Source: Candidatus Baldrarchaeum yapensis
GTDB lineage: Archaea; Asgardarchaeota; Baldrarchaeia; Baldrarchaeales; Baldrarchaeaceae
Length of the DNA stretch: 13,875 bases
Reading direction: 5' to 3'
Assembly (NCBI GenBank): GCA_016840465.1
Contig: JAEOSH010000053.1
Location: forward strand, 1-13,875
The position numbers and the translations under genes were made by a program. The notes under the pieces were generated by a model, which did no database searches, had not been told where the DNA came from, and was given only the letters and a program-made list of their open reading frames with translations. Positions 13,849 to 13,875 of this stretch are shown here, piece by piece; positions within the stretch are counted from its first letter, which is position 1, and the number at the start of each line of letters is the position of its first letter.

Positions 13849-13875
13849 TGCATTCTTACATGAGGTTCTCGAGAA

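Noticed and set aside
345-13875. GTTCTCGAGAA occurs at 345-355 and again at 13865-13875, suggesting element boundaries
   Set aside because: Some shared 11-mers are expected by chance in 14 kb, the second copy is cut by the window edge, and there is no integrase, transposase or tRNA.
1-13875. CRISPR array, tRNA/rRNA, IS element
   Set aside because: No regularly spaced 25-40 bp repeats, RNA gene signatures, transposase motifs or terminal inverted repeats were seen.

Overview
Archaeal-looking DNA (BRE/TATA promoters, GGTGA-type ribosome-binding sites, a COG1672-type ATPase; lineage not determinable from this window) that is mostly a transition-metal handling locus. In order: (1) an iron-uptake operon, DtxR/IdeR-family regulator with a C-terminal FeoA-like domain, then feoB, then a 47-aa 7-Cys protein; (2) an interspersed block with an AAA+/wHTH/PD-(D/E)xK ATPase, a GT4 glycosyltransferase and an MFS transporter broken by two in-frame stops; (3) a five-gene minus-strand operon resembling the Desulfovibrio orange-protein (ORP) and Pyrococcus IssA systems, with a Trp-rich coiled-coil protein, two NifB/NifX-domain paralogs with different low-complexity tails, and two ferredoxin-containing MinD-like ATPases; (4) a divergent ECF nickel transporter (nikMNQO) with a NikR-type operator. 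The most unusual signals are the pairwise sharing of three modules among the three small ORP-like proteins, the double-nonsense MFS gene, and several palindromic operators. No rRNA, tRNA, CRISPR array or mobile element was seen. Several starts were moved from the ORF track using RBS position and family N-termini. All family calls come from motif recognition, not database searches.
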